From the NCBI RefSeq assembly GCF_009914755.1, contig NC_060930.1: a DNA stretch of 64,000 nt. The stretch is one strand, 5' to 3'. Positions 40,161 to 55,695 of this stretch are shown one piece after another. Both the position numbers and the translations under genes were made by a program. Every line of letters starts with the position of its first letter. Position 1 is the first letter of the stretch. Source of the DNA: the human T2T-CHM13v2.0 reference genome, Homo sapiens. The notes beneath the pieces were generated by a model. The model did no database searches and was not told where the DNA came from. It saw only the letters and a list, made by a program, of their open reading frames with translations.

Positions 40161-41886
40161 CATCTAGTGATTAAGTTCTACATTCTGAGGCTATGCCATG
40201 CAAGCATACACTTTCTTCTATATGAACATCTTTCAAATAATTGAAGGCTTAACTATCAAGTCTTTCCTTTTAAGCTAAACATTCCTATTTCCACCAACTG
40301 TTTCTCACATGACAAGTTTTCAGTAACTGTCACTGTTATTGTCACTTTCTCTGGATATCAATGACACTTCAAAACCATGGTATGCAAAACTAAATACAAT
40401 ATTCGAGATGTGATTTGGGTAGAGGATGCAAAGTGATATAAGAACTATGCCTCCTTTTTAAAAATTCTTTATTTTTAGTAAAGAACAGTGAGATTTATAA
40501 TCTTCCTTAAAAACAAATACTCTTTTTAAAGATGAGGAAATAATGCCCAAATTAATAGACTGCCATAAATACCACCTGAGATAAAACTTGGCAATTTTTC
40601 TTAATTCTCCATATGCTATGTGTAAACTTAAGTCAAAACACCTGAACGTACCACACAGATTGTACAAAAGTTATTTTTGGATCCTAAACTAAATTTCCAT
40701 TCAAGTTTTCCACATTTAAAATCTCTAGATGAATATGGAGAGCCGATGAACTGTTACTTTATATTTTTAATGGCATTTTACAGTAAAAGATAAGTTTCAC
40801 TGCCTTGAAGATTTATACGTCTACGCACAAATTTAGACAACCCTTAGATCTTGATGTAAAGAACTGATGTTAGAAACATGTCTACATTTTTTCCATTCTC
40901 CAAATTTTTCCTCATTAAGGCAATGCTTAGGAAAGAAGACAGTTTGGTATTTTAAACTACTTCTGGGCACTCACTGAATTTCCAGTACTTAAGATATAGA
41001 ATACTCTACCTCACTCCTATTTAGCACAAGTCATATATACATTTTCATAAAAATAACTTTTATTCTGCTTGGAAAAAATAATTAGTTTAAATTCATAATT
41101 TAAGAAATCATCATCTATATCTCTATAATAAATAAAAATCCACTTTTAATAAATAATTATCTTTAACTACAAAATCAACTGAGGTAACAGTTAAGACTTG
41201 AATTAGTCCAGACATTCCATCTGACTTGTTTCATATCTTTGAAAAAAATTACACCATGTATTTCTTTTTCTCATACCTTAAAGTAGGGGTAAGCCAGTTT
41301 CAAGGGAAATGAAATAAATGGACCAAATAATATTACAGAATAAGTATAAATCAAAATCAAAGGCTTATTACCATAGATAAATAGTGAAAATGTTTTTAAT
41401 ATTTAACATTAAAATGATCACTTTTCTGGAAGCATTAAAAGCTAGTTGCCCTCTTAAACATCAACTATTTGATGTTTAAGAGAATTTCTAGAAATACAGA
41501 CAATTATAACAAAATAAAAAATAAAAGTCACATGCTAAACCAGAACTATAAGCCAAAAATATTCCCTGGTTTTCAAAAGTTTCCTAGATATTCCTAAGGA
41601 TTCTAAAGTAGTTTAATTTAAAAAAGGCAAATCCAATTAAAAATAGTTCTGGTTCACCTGGGCAGCTCTAGTATCCAGGACTACCTAAAGGTTTAGGACT
41701 GCCTCTCACCCCTTCCCAGAAACTCCCATTCTGGTCCATGAAAAAAGGCTAGCTCCACACATCTCAGAGTGAGAGGACCTAGGACAGCAAGGCATGTCTA
41801 CTAACCTCTGGGCACTGAATCAACTGACAGTTTACATTATAATTGTCAAATAACAAGTAGAATAGCATTAAACTATTGAAAGTTCC

Positions 41887-42229
41887 TGCAACAGACTGAA
41901 TGTGTCCCCCAAAATTCATGTATTTTGAAATCCTGACCCCCAATATGATGGTATTAGGAGATGGGGCCTTTGGGAGGTGATTTAGGCCATATGATTAGTG
42001 CCCTTTATAAAAGGGACCCCAGAGAGCTCTCTGCTTTCTGCAACGTGAGGAAATAACAGGAAGCTGGCAGTCTACAACCCAGAAGAGGGTCCTTACTGGA
42101 AAGCAACCACGCTGACACCCTGCTCTCAGACTTCCCAGCCTCCCCAGAACTGTGAGAAATGAATTTCTGTCACTGATAAAGTACCCAGTTTATGGTAGTT
42201 TATCATAGCAGCCCAAATTGACTAAGACA
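41887..42229 (+). mobile_element. MaLR solo LTR (MLT1A/MLT1A0-like)
   Basis: TGCAACAGACTGAATG...GACTAAGACA; 5-bp TSD GTTCC/GTGCC. Confidence 0.88.
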
Positions 42230-43250
42230 GTGCCACAGTCTTATTTCAAGCATTAAAAATTTAATTTGCAGTTATTAAAACTGGCTGTGAAACCATGTTT
42301 CTTTTCCATAAACAACTTAGGCTCATTTTACAATCACTGAGTTATTGAAGTACTTATAGCTTAATCAAGCAAAATTACCATACCATACAGTATATAATTA
42401 AAATAGATACATGAAAAAAGCCAGGTAGATTTAAAACTAGAGAAAATTTATAAAGCAAGAACAATATGAAAGTTTCATTATATTAACCTCTCCTTTGATA
42501 GTATAATTATAATCTGTACTATACAACGAGAACATTTTTGGTTAAAGGAGTATTAGCTTTGGGAAGGTTTCTTTTTACATTTATTCTTTTTAAGCTTCTT
42601 TTCTTGCTGCTATTTCACAAATTAAACATCAATTAAAACTGACACCCTCATCATATAAGACAACACTATGGGCTATACATCTGCAGAAACTATATGTTTC
42701 CATATAAGTAAACATTATTTAGACCCTCATGTTTGTATACATCTCCATTTCTAATCGTGGTCATGATGGCATACTAGACATACTTCCTCACATGAAATTA
42801 CATATTAAGTAATAAAGAAAGCTTAGTCCCCACAATTTAAATAATGAATACTCTACTTCAAATCCTTTTGGGATTCTAAAGGAAATAAGTATAAAAATGC
42901 ATTATTAAATGTAGGAAAAATATTTTAATATTTTGTTTTGGCTGATTTTAATATTTCCTTTTATGCATTTTTCAAAGAATTTTCTAGGAAGACATAAAGC
43001 AACATAATGGAACAACTTATTGACTAATTCTTTTTAACAATTACTTTTGTTGATAATCTGTGACATTGCCAAAATCAAAACAGATACCATTCGTGCAGCA
43101 CATATAATATTAATATGCAAGTTAAAATGTTAGGACATTTTAACTACATCATCTACCAAGTTCCAGATCCATATATTTAATTGACTATTAGACCCTTCTA
43201 CTTGGAAGTCCGAAACACATTTAAAATTTAGCATGTCCCAAAAATAAACT

Positions 43251-43591
43251 TTCTTTTCTTTTTCTTTCCTTTCTTCCTTCTTTCCTTCCTTCCTTCCTTT
43301 TTTTTTTTGGACAGGATCTCACTCTGTCCCACAGGCTAGAAAGAGTGCAGTGGTGTAATTACAGCTCACTGCATCCTCAACATCCCAGGCTCAAGCAATC
43401 CTCCCACCTCAGCCCCCTGAGTAGGTGGGACTATAGCACGCACCACCACACCAGTTGATTTTTGTATTTTCTGTAAAGACGGGGTTTCACCATGTTGCCC
43501 AGGCTGGTCTTGAACTCTTAAACTAAACTGATCCGTCTGCCTTGGCCCCCCAAAGTACTGGGATTACAGGCATGCACCACCACATCTGGCC
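43251..43591 (-). mobile_element. AluJ with (TTCC)n-containing tail
   Basis: CCCAGGCTCAAGCAATCCTCCCACCTCAGC; both arms present. Confidence 0.9.
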
Positions 43592-44014
43592 CCCCAAATG
43601 AACTTTCTATCTCTCTCAAATATTCCAATATTCTGAAATTTGGTACATGATACCACAATCTATTTGATCAAGAAACCTGAGAGTTAAAATTATACCAGTA
43701 ACAATAACCACCATTTGAGAATATCTACTTTGTGCCAAGAATTAGGCTATGTATACTACTTTATTAAATCTAATTCTCACCATTCAAAAGACTCACAAAA
43801 TAGGTTATTATTCTAAGAAACTTGGCTGTAAAGAATCTTTTTTGATTTCATTTAATTCTGTTTTTCTCCAGTTAATTCGAGCACTGAATACTTTTTTCAT
43901 CATAACTTTTTGGTGAACCAAAAGTACTATCTAATCAAACTTTGGAAAATGCTTCTTTTAAAAAGACTATCACCAGCAAACTGTTGTATTAGCTCATTCT
44001 GTTTGCCAAAATCA

Positions 44015-44350
<336 letters not shown>

Positions 44351-46609
44351 TCATGTCCTCACAGTCTGATTCCTTAGTGTGTCCAATTTCTTTAATATCT
44401 ATTATTTATGAGAATTTGCCTGTTAGCATAATACACTTAAACAGTAGGAGAAATAAAGATTATATGAATACTTTATATTTTTTCTGTGTGAGTGAATGAA
44501 TAAAGTAATTCTAAGTTACAATTTCTCTGAGATAGCAAACAACATATACTAATTGAACACCAACCAGGCATTAAATCTAAATAGCATGAGAAATACAAGA
44601 ATAATTTATAAAATATGATCCCTTTTCTCTAGAATTTTACTTACAATATAGTTGAGACAAAATGAATGGTAAAATACCAAAAAAACAGATCAAGCATATT
44701 TTGATAGAACATTAGAAATATCAAAAGTAGGAACATGAATAATTGCCAAATACATGGTATAATAATATGTAGCTAATCAGAACTCAAAAGAGAGGGAGAT
44801 AAATCTTAGAAAATGCAGTGTAAAAATACAGTAGGTAGAAATATTTCCAAAGAAGTTATATGAATCTGCTTCAGCTATCCATTACATATACCTGCATTAT
44901 CAATTTGCAGAAAACTTTTCTTTAAAAAAAAGTTTCACAAAATACAGGTAACTTAAGTAACACAGGAAGCTCAGCAGTCTGCAAAAATAAAAAAAAAAAT
45001 TGTCTCTAGCTTCCAAAAATCACACCTCTATGTACAAACTAACCACAATTAGGCACACTGACATAAGCAGATTGCACTACCAAATACTGGAAATTCTGCA
45101 AGAATTAAAATGATTTCGGCACATGGGAATAAGACAATCCAAGCGAGCCCAAAAATATTCTTAAAAATGATTATCTATGACATCTGAAAAACCCACATAA
45201 AGTATCTATGCCAAAAAGAAAAGAAATTCCACACAAAACCAATAAAGGAGTATCCCAGCAGTCATTTAGAAAAAAATTAGAAATACGGTTATTCATACAA
45301 GAATTTATTTTGGGATACCTAGCCAGATTTTAATGCCATATTCAAAATAAAAAAATCTAGCCACAGAAAAGTATCACAGCATTAAGATACATACTTAAAA
45401 GTATGATCAAAAGATATATTTGTTTGTAACTATGTTAAGCTCAGTACTTGAAGTACTTTTAACCCTTAATTTTCACTATGTTCCTAAGTGCTACCACCAA
45501 AACCATACACAGTAAGTATTAATAGAATAAGGGGTATAATTCTCCTCTTCACTTTCTGAATGTCTTAAAATACCTGCTGTTGTAGTAGATAAGGTTTACT
45601 AGACACTTTTCCATTTTGGCTTAAAAATAAAATTCATCTATATGCTAATGGAAGATCCATCATTCACATCATTCACGCATCCACAATTCCCTTTCTAATT
45701 AAATACAACACCTAAATTTAAGCCACATAACACAATTTCAAACAGGATTTTTTTATAATTATAGGAGAAGCCATAATTATTTTACTGGAAAACTTCAAAA
45801 TCATCAAAAGTTCAAGAAAATATACACACTAAATTGCAATATGACAGAAAACTGTCATGAAGAGATCATACAGAAATGGATTTAGAAACTTTGCTTTCTC
45901 TAGCAGTAAAGCATTCCTTACTTAAATTTCAAATATTACAGAAAAGTTGAAAGAATAATACAACAAATACCTCCACCTAGATTCAACATTTGTAAGCATT
46001 TTGCCACAAATGCTTTCCTACCTCTACCCTCTTCCCCATTTCTTCCTCTCCCCCTCCCCAGCCACCCATCTCTCTCTATATATATACATATATACATACA
46101 TAAAAACACATACTTATATAAGTTTATATATATGTAAACATATTTATTTCTAAGAAAGTTCCCATAATCAAATACATTAGTACTTCTACAGAAAAACAAA
46201 TGACAGTAAGTGAAATAAATAGACTATTATAGTCTTATAAATCCAGTTTACTGCTGGACTTATAAGACTATATATAGTCTTTGGTACTGCTGCCAATGAT
46301 TTCAGATAAGATCAGGTTTTGTCCCAAATGAGATTTTTTTACAGTCTTGATTTTCAAAGTTTTGGAATTCAAAAGTATGGATAAGATGCGGCAGGCTGTA
46401 GTATTACTCCCAATTTACAGATGAGGAAACCGAAGCACAGAAAAGTTAAATACCTTATACCAGACTACAACAAGTGGCAAAACCAGTAAGTAAAAATAGG
46501 CTACCTACTCCAGAGCCCATACTTTCAATCACTACTCTAGGAAGCTTTCAGTCCAGCAGAAGGTCTTTGTGGCTGTCTTCATTTTTATCCAGAATCTGGA
46601 TTTTAAAAC

Positions 46610-47230
46610 TTACCCCTAACTCCATTATTACCCTCCTAATCTGAACCACTATCATCTCTCACTGGGTTTATTTTAATAGTCTCCTAACAAGGGTCCCTGA
46701 TTCTTCTTTTGCTTTAGTCTATTCTCAACACAGCAACCAGAATGCTCTTTTTAAAAATACTAGATCATGTCATGTAACTGCGTAAGACCATTTAGGGCTT
46801 TTCATTTAGCTAAGAGTAAAAGCCAATGTTCTTCCAAACAGCCTACAGGAAGCCCTAAGACATATACCCACTCATTGACCCACCTCTGTGAACTCATCCC
46901 CTACTCTCCCTCTCTCTCACTCCACTCCAGACACAGTGGTCTCCATCCTGCTTCTGGTCTCCAGGCATGTTCCCACTGAGGGCCTTGGCATTGGCTGTTC
47001 CTTCTGTCTGGCATGTTTCCACTCATATCTACATGACTTCCTCCCCAACTCCTCCAATATCATCTTCCAATGAGACCCACAGTGTCCACTCTGTTTAAAA
47101 TTACAACTGCCTCCTGCAAAGCAACTGACACTCCTGATCCCCCTTTTCCTGTTCTCTTTCTCCATAACACTTATCACCTTCAAACATTCTAGACAATTTA
47201 TTTATTTTATATGTTTGTCTCTTCTTCTTT
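46610..47230. mobile_element. L2 remnant (MIR-like fragment adjacent at ~46400-46540)
   Basis: CCACTATCATCTCTCACTGGG...TCTATTCTCAACACAGCAACCAGAATG...AGATCATGTCA. Confidence 0.65.
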
Positions 47231-47311
47231 TGGAATATATGCACACCAAAGTGTCCTAAGCCTGAGAAAACCATCTAATATAGTAAAAGCTCTCAAAAAA
47301 TAATTGTTGCA

Positions 47312-48827
<1,516 letters not shown>

Positions 48828-49448
48828 CTTGTTGCTATTGAGATTTCTATCGACTTCAACTCAAATACTTCGTTTGATTCAAGCCCTTCTACATTTATCA
48901 TTGTTAGTACTTAGTATCTCTCAGAAACAAAATTTCAATAAACATCCTTGAATTTAAAACAGCTTTTTATTATGCTTGTATTAAGATTCTTTATATAGAA
49001 ATATATTTTTTGGACATGCACAGATGTTTATAATACATTACCCAGAGAAGACAGTAAGGCAAGAAATAGTTCATACAGTATGACCCTTCATCTATAAGGA
49101 AAATACTGTAGGTTTCTTGCCTTTAGTAAGGCAAGAAATAGTTTATGTAGTATGATTCCTTCATCTACAAGGAAAATAGTATGTATTGTGTCTGTTGGCG
49201 TTTTTTGGTACGATGACATTAGGCATTTTTAAGTTTCTTCCTTCTGAATATTTATTATTTTTTCAATAATGAATATATAATTATTTGTATAGTTAAAATA
49301 ATATTCTTATATACCCAGAAAACAATTACTTTGCAATACAATTAACAGTAAATTCTAACTCCTTTTCTTCAATGAAAAAAAATTTAGTCATTGTTAATGT
49401 AACTATTACATAAATGTAACATGGATATGTGCTATTAATGTAGTTTAG

Positions 49449-49662
49449 TATGAAGTTTGATGGAACAAATAAGACCTATTGTATATTTCAGAACAGCTAG
49501 AAGAAGATAATCCGAATGTTTCTAGCATAAAGAAAAGATAAATATTTAAGGTGATAGATATCTCAATTACACTGATTTGATCTTTACAAATTATATGAAT
49601 GTATTAAATTATCACACATATCCCCAAAATATGTATATCTAATATGTATCAATAAAAAAATT
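49449..49662 (+). mobile_element. Short L1MA 3'-end insertion
   Basis: L1MA 3' UTR ending TATGTATCAATAAAAAAA; direct repeat TTAATGTAGTTTAG at 49435-49448 and 49663-49676. Confidence 0.8.
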
Positions 49663-50286
49663 TTAATGTAGTTTAGATCAACTATAGTTACTTATCTAAT
49701 TATTCTCTTTATACAAAGGGATGATGCGGCCAACTCTTTTCTTTATACAAAGGGTAATGCAGCGCAGTATGATAAATATTACCACTATATCAATACAGCT
49801 ACATGGAAATCCACATTCAATATTGCTTTCCGATAATACCTCTGAAATATTCCTTTTAAGGACAGTACTTTCAGTAGGCTTTTGTGTTTGTGGTAGATAC
49901 TTTAAACATTTCTTTTTTATCTTTAAATTCAGAGCCAAAAGTAGAAAGACATATGCAACTTGAACTTTTGTTATTGCTGTTGTTAAAAGTATTAATATGT
50001 ATTTATTTCGATTGTTTCTTCTTTCAAAAAGTATTGAAACTAATATAATGAATAAGTAGTGCTAGAAAAATTGTGTTCTATATTTTATGCATCTCAAAGG
50101 TGACTACTATTTCATTTAAGGGAAAGAACAAAAGAGCTACTTTAAGATCATTTAATTTTGACTCAATTTAGAAAGTAATATTCTCATTTCAGAAAAATTT
50201 GGAATCTTTGTTTTAACTTGTAAAAATATACATGTAATAGTGGTAATTAACATATCAAAGGCAAGCTTAATTATGATCAGTATTAC

Positions 50287-50593
50287 TTTTTTGTTTTTTT
50301 GGTTTTTTTTTTTGAGATGGAGTCTCACTCTGTCACCCAGGCTGGAGTGCAGTAGCAATCTCAGCTCACTGAAGCTTCTGCCTCCTGGATTCCAGCAATT
50401 CTCCTACCTCAGCCTCCCTAGTAGCTGGGATTACAGGCAACTACCACCACGCTCAGCAATTTTTGTATTTTTAGTAGAGATAGGGTTTCACCATGTTGGC
50501 CAGGCTGGTCTCGTACTCCTGACCTCAGGTGATCTGCCTGCCTCAGCCTCCCAAAGTCCTGGAATTACAGGTGTGAGCTACCATGCCCAGCCA
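50287..50593 (-). mobile_element. AluS
   Basis: Dimeric Alu reverse complement. Confidence 0.93.
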
Positions 50594-50652
50594 ATCTCTT
50601 TCAAAACAAAAAGGAAATTAATTTACTATCTGTAAAAGGGAACCCAAATTGA

Positions 50653-50978
<326 letters not shown>

Positions 50979-51007
50979 CAAATCTTAAATCTAGAGAGAA
51001 ATCTAGA

Positions 51008-53500
51008 GACTGGAAGTCCTAGCCAAAACAATTAGGCAAGCAAAAGAAAAAAAAAAAGGCATCCATATTAGAAAGGAAGAAGTTAAATGGTCTCTGTTTG
51101 CAGACAATATCATCATATACATAGAAAACCCTATAAACTCCAACAAAAAACTGTTACAACTAATAAATTCAGGAAAGTTCCATGATACAAAATCAACATA
51201 TAAAAGTCAGCAGTGTTTCTAATACACTAACTATAAACTATCCAAAAATATCAAAAAAGCAATCCCATTAATAATAGCTACAAAGGGTGGGTGTGGTGGC
51301 TCATGCCTGTACTTTGGGAGGCATTTTGGGAGGCTGAGGCGGGTGGATCACATGAGGCCAACAGTTTGAGACCAGCCTAGCCAATGTGGTGAAACCCCAT
51401 CTCTACCAAAAATACAAAAATTAGCCAGGTATGGTGGTGCGCACCTGTAATCCCAGCTACTCAGGAGGCTGAGCCATGAGAATCACTTGAACCCAGGAGG
51501 CAAAGGTTGCAGTGTGCCAAGATCATGCCACTACACTCCAGACAAAGTAAGATTGTCTCAAAACAATAATAATAATAATGATAGCCACCAAAACAACAAA
51601 ATACTTAGGAATAAATTTAACCAAAGAGGTGAAATATCTGTATGTGGAAAACTACAAAACATTGATGAAAAAAATTTAAGACACAAATAAATGGAAAGAT
51701 GTTCCATTTCATGGATTGGAAGAATTAATATTGTTAAAATGACCACACTACCCAAAGAGATCTACAGATTCAGTACAATCCCTATCAGAGTTCCAATGAC
51801 ATTTTTTCACAGAAATATAAAAATAAAGATTAAAAAATTCATATGAACCACAAAAGGCCCCAAATGTCCAAAGCAATCTTAGGCAAAAAGAACAAAGCTA
51901 GAGGTATCATACTACCTGATTTCAAAATATACTGTTAAGTTATGGTAATCACAACGGCATGGTACCAGTATAAAAACAAACACAGAGACCAAAGAAAGAG
52001 AATAGACAGCCCAGAATGAAACAGAATAGACAGCCCAGAAATAAATCCATGCATTTGCAGTCAACTGATTTTTTACAAAAGTGAAATGGAGAAAGAACAG
52101 TCTCTTCATTAAATGGTGACGGGAAAACTGGTTTTCCAAATGCCAGAAGAATGAAATTAGACCCTTATTTCACACCATATTAAAAAAAATCAACTCAATA
52201 GGTAAAGAAAAATGTAAGACTTGAAACTATAAAACTTCTACAAGAAAATTTAGGGGAAAAGCCTCATGATAGTAGTTTGGGCAATGATGTTTTTAGATAT
52301 GACCCCAGTGGCATAGGCAAAAGCAAAAATAGACAAATGGAATTATAATAAACTAAAAAGCTCAGCACAGCAGTCAGTCAACAGAGTGAAGAGACAACCT
52401 ATGGAATAGGAGAGAATATCTGTGAACCATACATCTCATAAGGGATTAATTCAAAATATATAAGGAACTCAAATAACTCAGTAACAAGAAAACAAATAAC
52501 CTGTTCTTAAAATGAGCAAAATACCAGAATACACAGTTCTCAAAAGAGGACATATAAATGACCTACAGGTTTATGAAAAATTGCTCAACATCACTAATCA
52601 TCACAGAAATCGAAATTAAAAGCACAGTGAGATATCACCTCACACTTGTTAGAACGGCTATACCAAAAAGATGAACAATAAGTATTGGCGAGGAACCTGA
52701 GGAAAGGAAACTCTTATTCACTGTTCAGTGGGAATGTAAACTAGTAAATCTATTATGGAAAACAGTATGGAAGCTTCTCAAAAAATTAAGAATAGAACTA
52801 CCAAATGATCTAGTAATAACACTACTGGGTACATATCCAAAGGAAATGAAATCAGTATGTCTAGGAGATATCTGCACTCACTCCCATGTTCACTACAGCA
52901 TTATTCACAATGGCCAAGATATGGGATCAAGGTAAGAGTCCATTAACAGATGAATGGATAAAGAAAATGTGGTACACATACACACTAGGATACCACTCAG
53001 CCTTAAAGAAGAAAGAAATTCTGTCATTTGCAACAATACAGATGAACCTTTAGGATATTACGTTAAGTGAAATAAGCCAGACACAGAAAGACAAATACCA
53101 CATGATCTTACATGTGGAACCTAAAAATAGTCAAACTCATAGTAGCAAAGAGAAGAACGGTAGTTACCAGAGGATAGGAGAAAGGTAGGGGGAGCGGGTT
53201 GCGGGATTAGGGAAATGCTGGTTAAAAGGATACAAAATTTCAGTTAAACAGGAGGAATGAGTTCAAGACATCTATTGTACCACATAGTGACTATTGCTAA
53301 GGATAATTTATTATATACGTGAAAACTGCTAAAAGTAGATTTTAGCATACTCACCACAAATAAATGATATGAATGTGAAATAATGCATATGCTAATTAGC
53401 TTGATTCTACCATTTCACAATGTATACATGTTTCAGAACATCCTCTGTACATCATAAATATATGCAATTTTATTGTCAAATTTAAAATAATAATAATAAA
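51008..53500 (+). mobile_element. L1MA, partial ORF2 plus 3' UTR, interrupted by an Alu at 51285-51581
   Basis: CTGGAAGTCCTAGCC...TCTCTGTTTGCAGACAATAT (LFADD-like)...L1MA 3' UTR ending ~70 bp from the exon 3 donor. Confidence 0.9.
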
Positions 53501-53572
53501 TTTTAAATTCGTTAAAAAACTTACAAAAATAAATAAAGACACAAGTTGCATATAAAATAAAAGTTGACATAC

Positions 53573-53722
53573 CTTGGCTTCCGAAACACCAAACTATATT
53601 GTTGGCAAGCCAGACCCACAGTGGGAGTATAAACAATAGGCATGAATTTCTCAATGTCAGATGTCAGCACTCTATAAAAGAGTTTTTCATTTCTATCTTG
53701 GAGATCCATTAAGAGAAGATAC
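53573..53722 (-). CDS. ME1: Malic enzyme 1 coding exon (exon 3, 150 nt, phase 2-2)
   Basis: Minus strand TTTTTACAG|G TAT CTT CTC...AAG CCA AG|GTATGT translates to (R)[49 protein letters not shown](R), containing the catalytic Tyr motif PIVYTPTVG. Confidence 0.98.
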
Positions 53723-53870
53723 CTGTAAAAATTGGACATAATTAGATCTACATCCCATAAAGTCATGAAATAGCTACTTAGAAATCTAATTAAATATTTT
53801 CAACCAAGTATAAAGTACATTTAGGTTACATAGAAAACATCTGATTAAAAAAGACTTAAGAAATATTCTT

Positions 53871-54501
53871 TTCTTTTTCTTTACGACAGAGTCTTGGCCG
53901 GGCACAGTGGTTCATGCCTGTAATCCCAGCACCTTGGGAGGCTGAGGTGGGCGGATCACAAGATCAGGAGTTCAAGACCAGCCTGGCCAACATGGTGAAA
54001 CTCCGTCTCTACTAAAAATACAAAAGTGGCCGGGCATGGTGGCTCACGCCTGTAATCCCAGCACTTTGGGAGGCAGAGGCGGGTGGATCACGAGGTCAGG
54101 AGTTCAAGACCAGCCTGGCCAACATGGTGAAACCCCATCTCCTGAGTAGCTAGGATTACGAGGGCATGCCACCACACCCGGCTTATTTTTTATTTTATTT
54201 ATTTATTTATTTATTTTGAGACAGAGTCTCGCTCTGTCGCCCAGGCTGGAGTGCAGTGGCATGATCTTGGCTCACTGCAACCTCTGTCTCCTGGGTTCAA
54301 GCGTTTTCTCCTGCCTCAGCCTCCCAAGTAGCTGGGACTACAGGCGTGCACCAACAAGCCCGGCTAATTTTTTTTGTATTTTTAGTAGAGACAGTTTCAC
54401 CATGTTGGCCAGGCTGGTCTTGAACTCCTGACCTCAAGTGCTCTGCCTGCCTTGGCCTCCCAAAGTGCTGGGATTACAGGCATGAGCCACCGCACCCAGA
54501 C
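53871..54501. mobile_element. Composite Alu cluster of mixed orientation inside one TSD
   Basis: Minus stub, two plus left arms (53896, 54028), minus right-arm piece, full minus Alu; TSD AAGAAATATTCTT/AAGAAATACTCTT. Confidence 0.88.
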
Positions 54502-55334
54502 AAGAAATACTCTTAAATATTGCAAAGAATAAAGAACCATAAACTTAACTAATATCATGCAAACATTAAAATCACTGCTGAAATAGCACAGTTTTATTTA
54601 ATACTTGAAGAGACTTTATCCCTATTTTAAAAGAGATGAAAATATAACTATAGATTTAGTATTAACTAAGTTAATAGAAAGATTTCATCCTTTGACTTGC
54701 AGTATTGAATAACCAAGGGAAATGACATACAGGAAATAAGTAAGAGAATGTAACACTCATCCTAAAAATAACTAAGGTAGGGAAGTTCAAGAAACTTTTC
54801 TTTGTATCTGTATCTTATGGCCTTTTTCTTTCTAGAAGCATTTCTGACCCAGAGTTATCTTTGTAAATATAAACCTCTTCATGATATCTGTAACCTTCAA
54901 TAGTTTATAGAATAAAACGTAAACTGCTCAGTTCAACTTAAAAGAATCTTGCAAAACTACTCAACAATCTTACCAGCCATTTTGAATTGATTTTCATTCC
55001 CTAGAATAGTTGAAAATGCACAGAATTCTGAGTAAGAGATGCATGGATTCCAATGTTTGGGCAATTAGATAGACATAACCCAGAAAATAAACATGTGGAA
55101 GACAAAGAGTTTAACTTTAGACATGATAAAATTAATTTGGCAATGTGGAAATTAGCATTGCTAAATCAATGGTCCATTCTCAGACCTCATCTTACCTATC
55201 AGAATATTTGACACAGGAGATATTCCTCAGGGCTCAATACACTTTCTTTCATTGACTTCCAATCTATCATATTCTCATGGTTTTCCTCCTATCTCTCTGG
55301 TCATTCCTTTTCTGTTTCCTTGCTGTTTTCTCCT

Positions 55335-55695
55335 TGATATGGTTTGGGTGTTTGTCCCTTCCAAATCTCATGTTGAAATGTAATCCCCAGTGCTGGAGTT
55401 GGGTCCTGGTGGGTATTTGGATCATGGGGGTGGATCCCTCATGAATGGCTTAGCACCAATCCCTTTGTGATGAGTTCTTGCTCTGAGTTGATGTGAGATT
55501 TGGTTGGCACTTCCTTCCTATCTTGCTCCTGTTTCCACCATGATTGTAAGCTTCCTGAGGCCCTCACCAAGGCAGCAGATAATTGGTGCCATGTTTGTAC
55601 AACCTGCTGAACCATGAGCCATTTAAATCTCCTTTCTTTATAAATTACCCAGCCTCAGGTATTTCTTTATAGCAATGCAAGAACAGACTAACATA
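55335..55695 (+). mobile_element. MaLR solo LTR (MST-type) inserted in an L2 remnant (~55150-56640)
   Basis: TGATATGGTTTGG...GAACAGACTAACATA; perfect 5-bp TSD CTCCT. Confidence 0.9.

Noticed and set aside
53521-53766. 81-aa ORF as a stand-alone gene
   Set aside because: Only 53573-53722 is coding. The rest is intronic read-through beyond clear AG/GT splice sites of ME1 exon 3.
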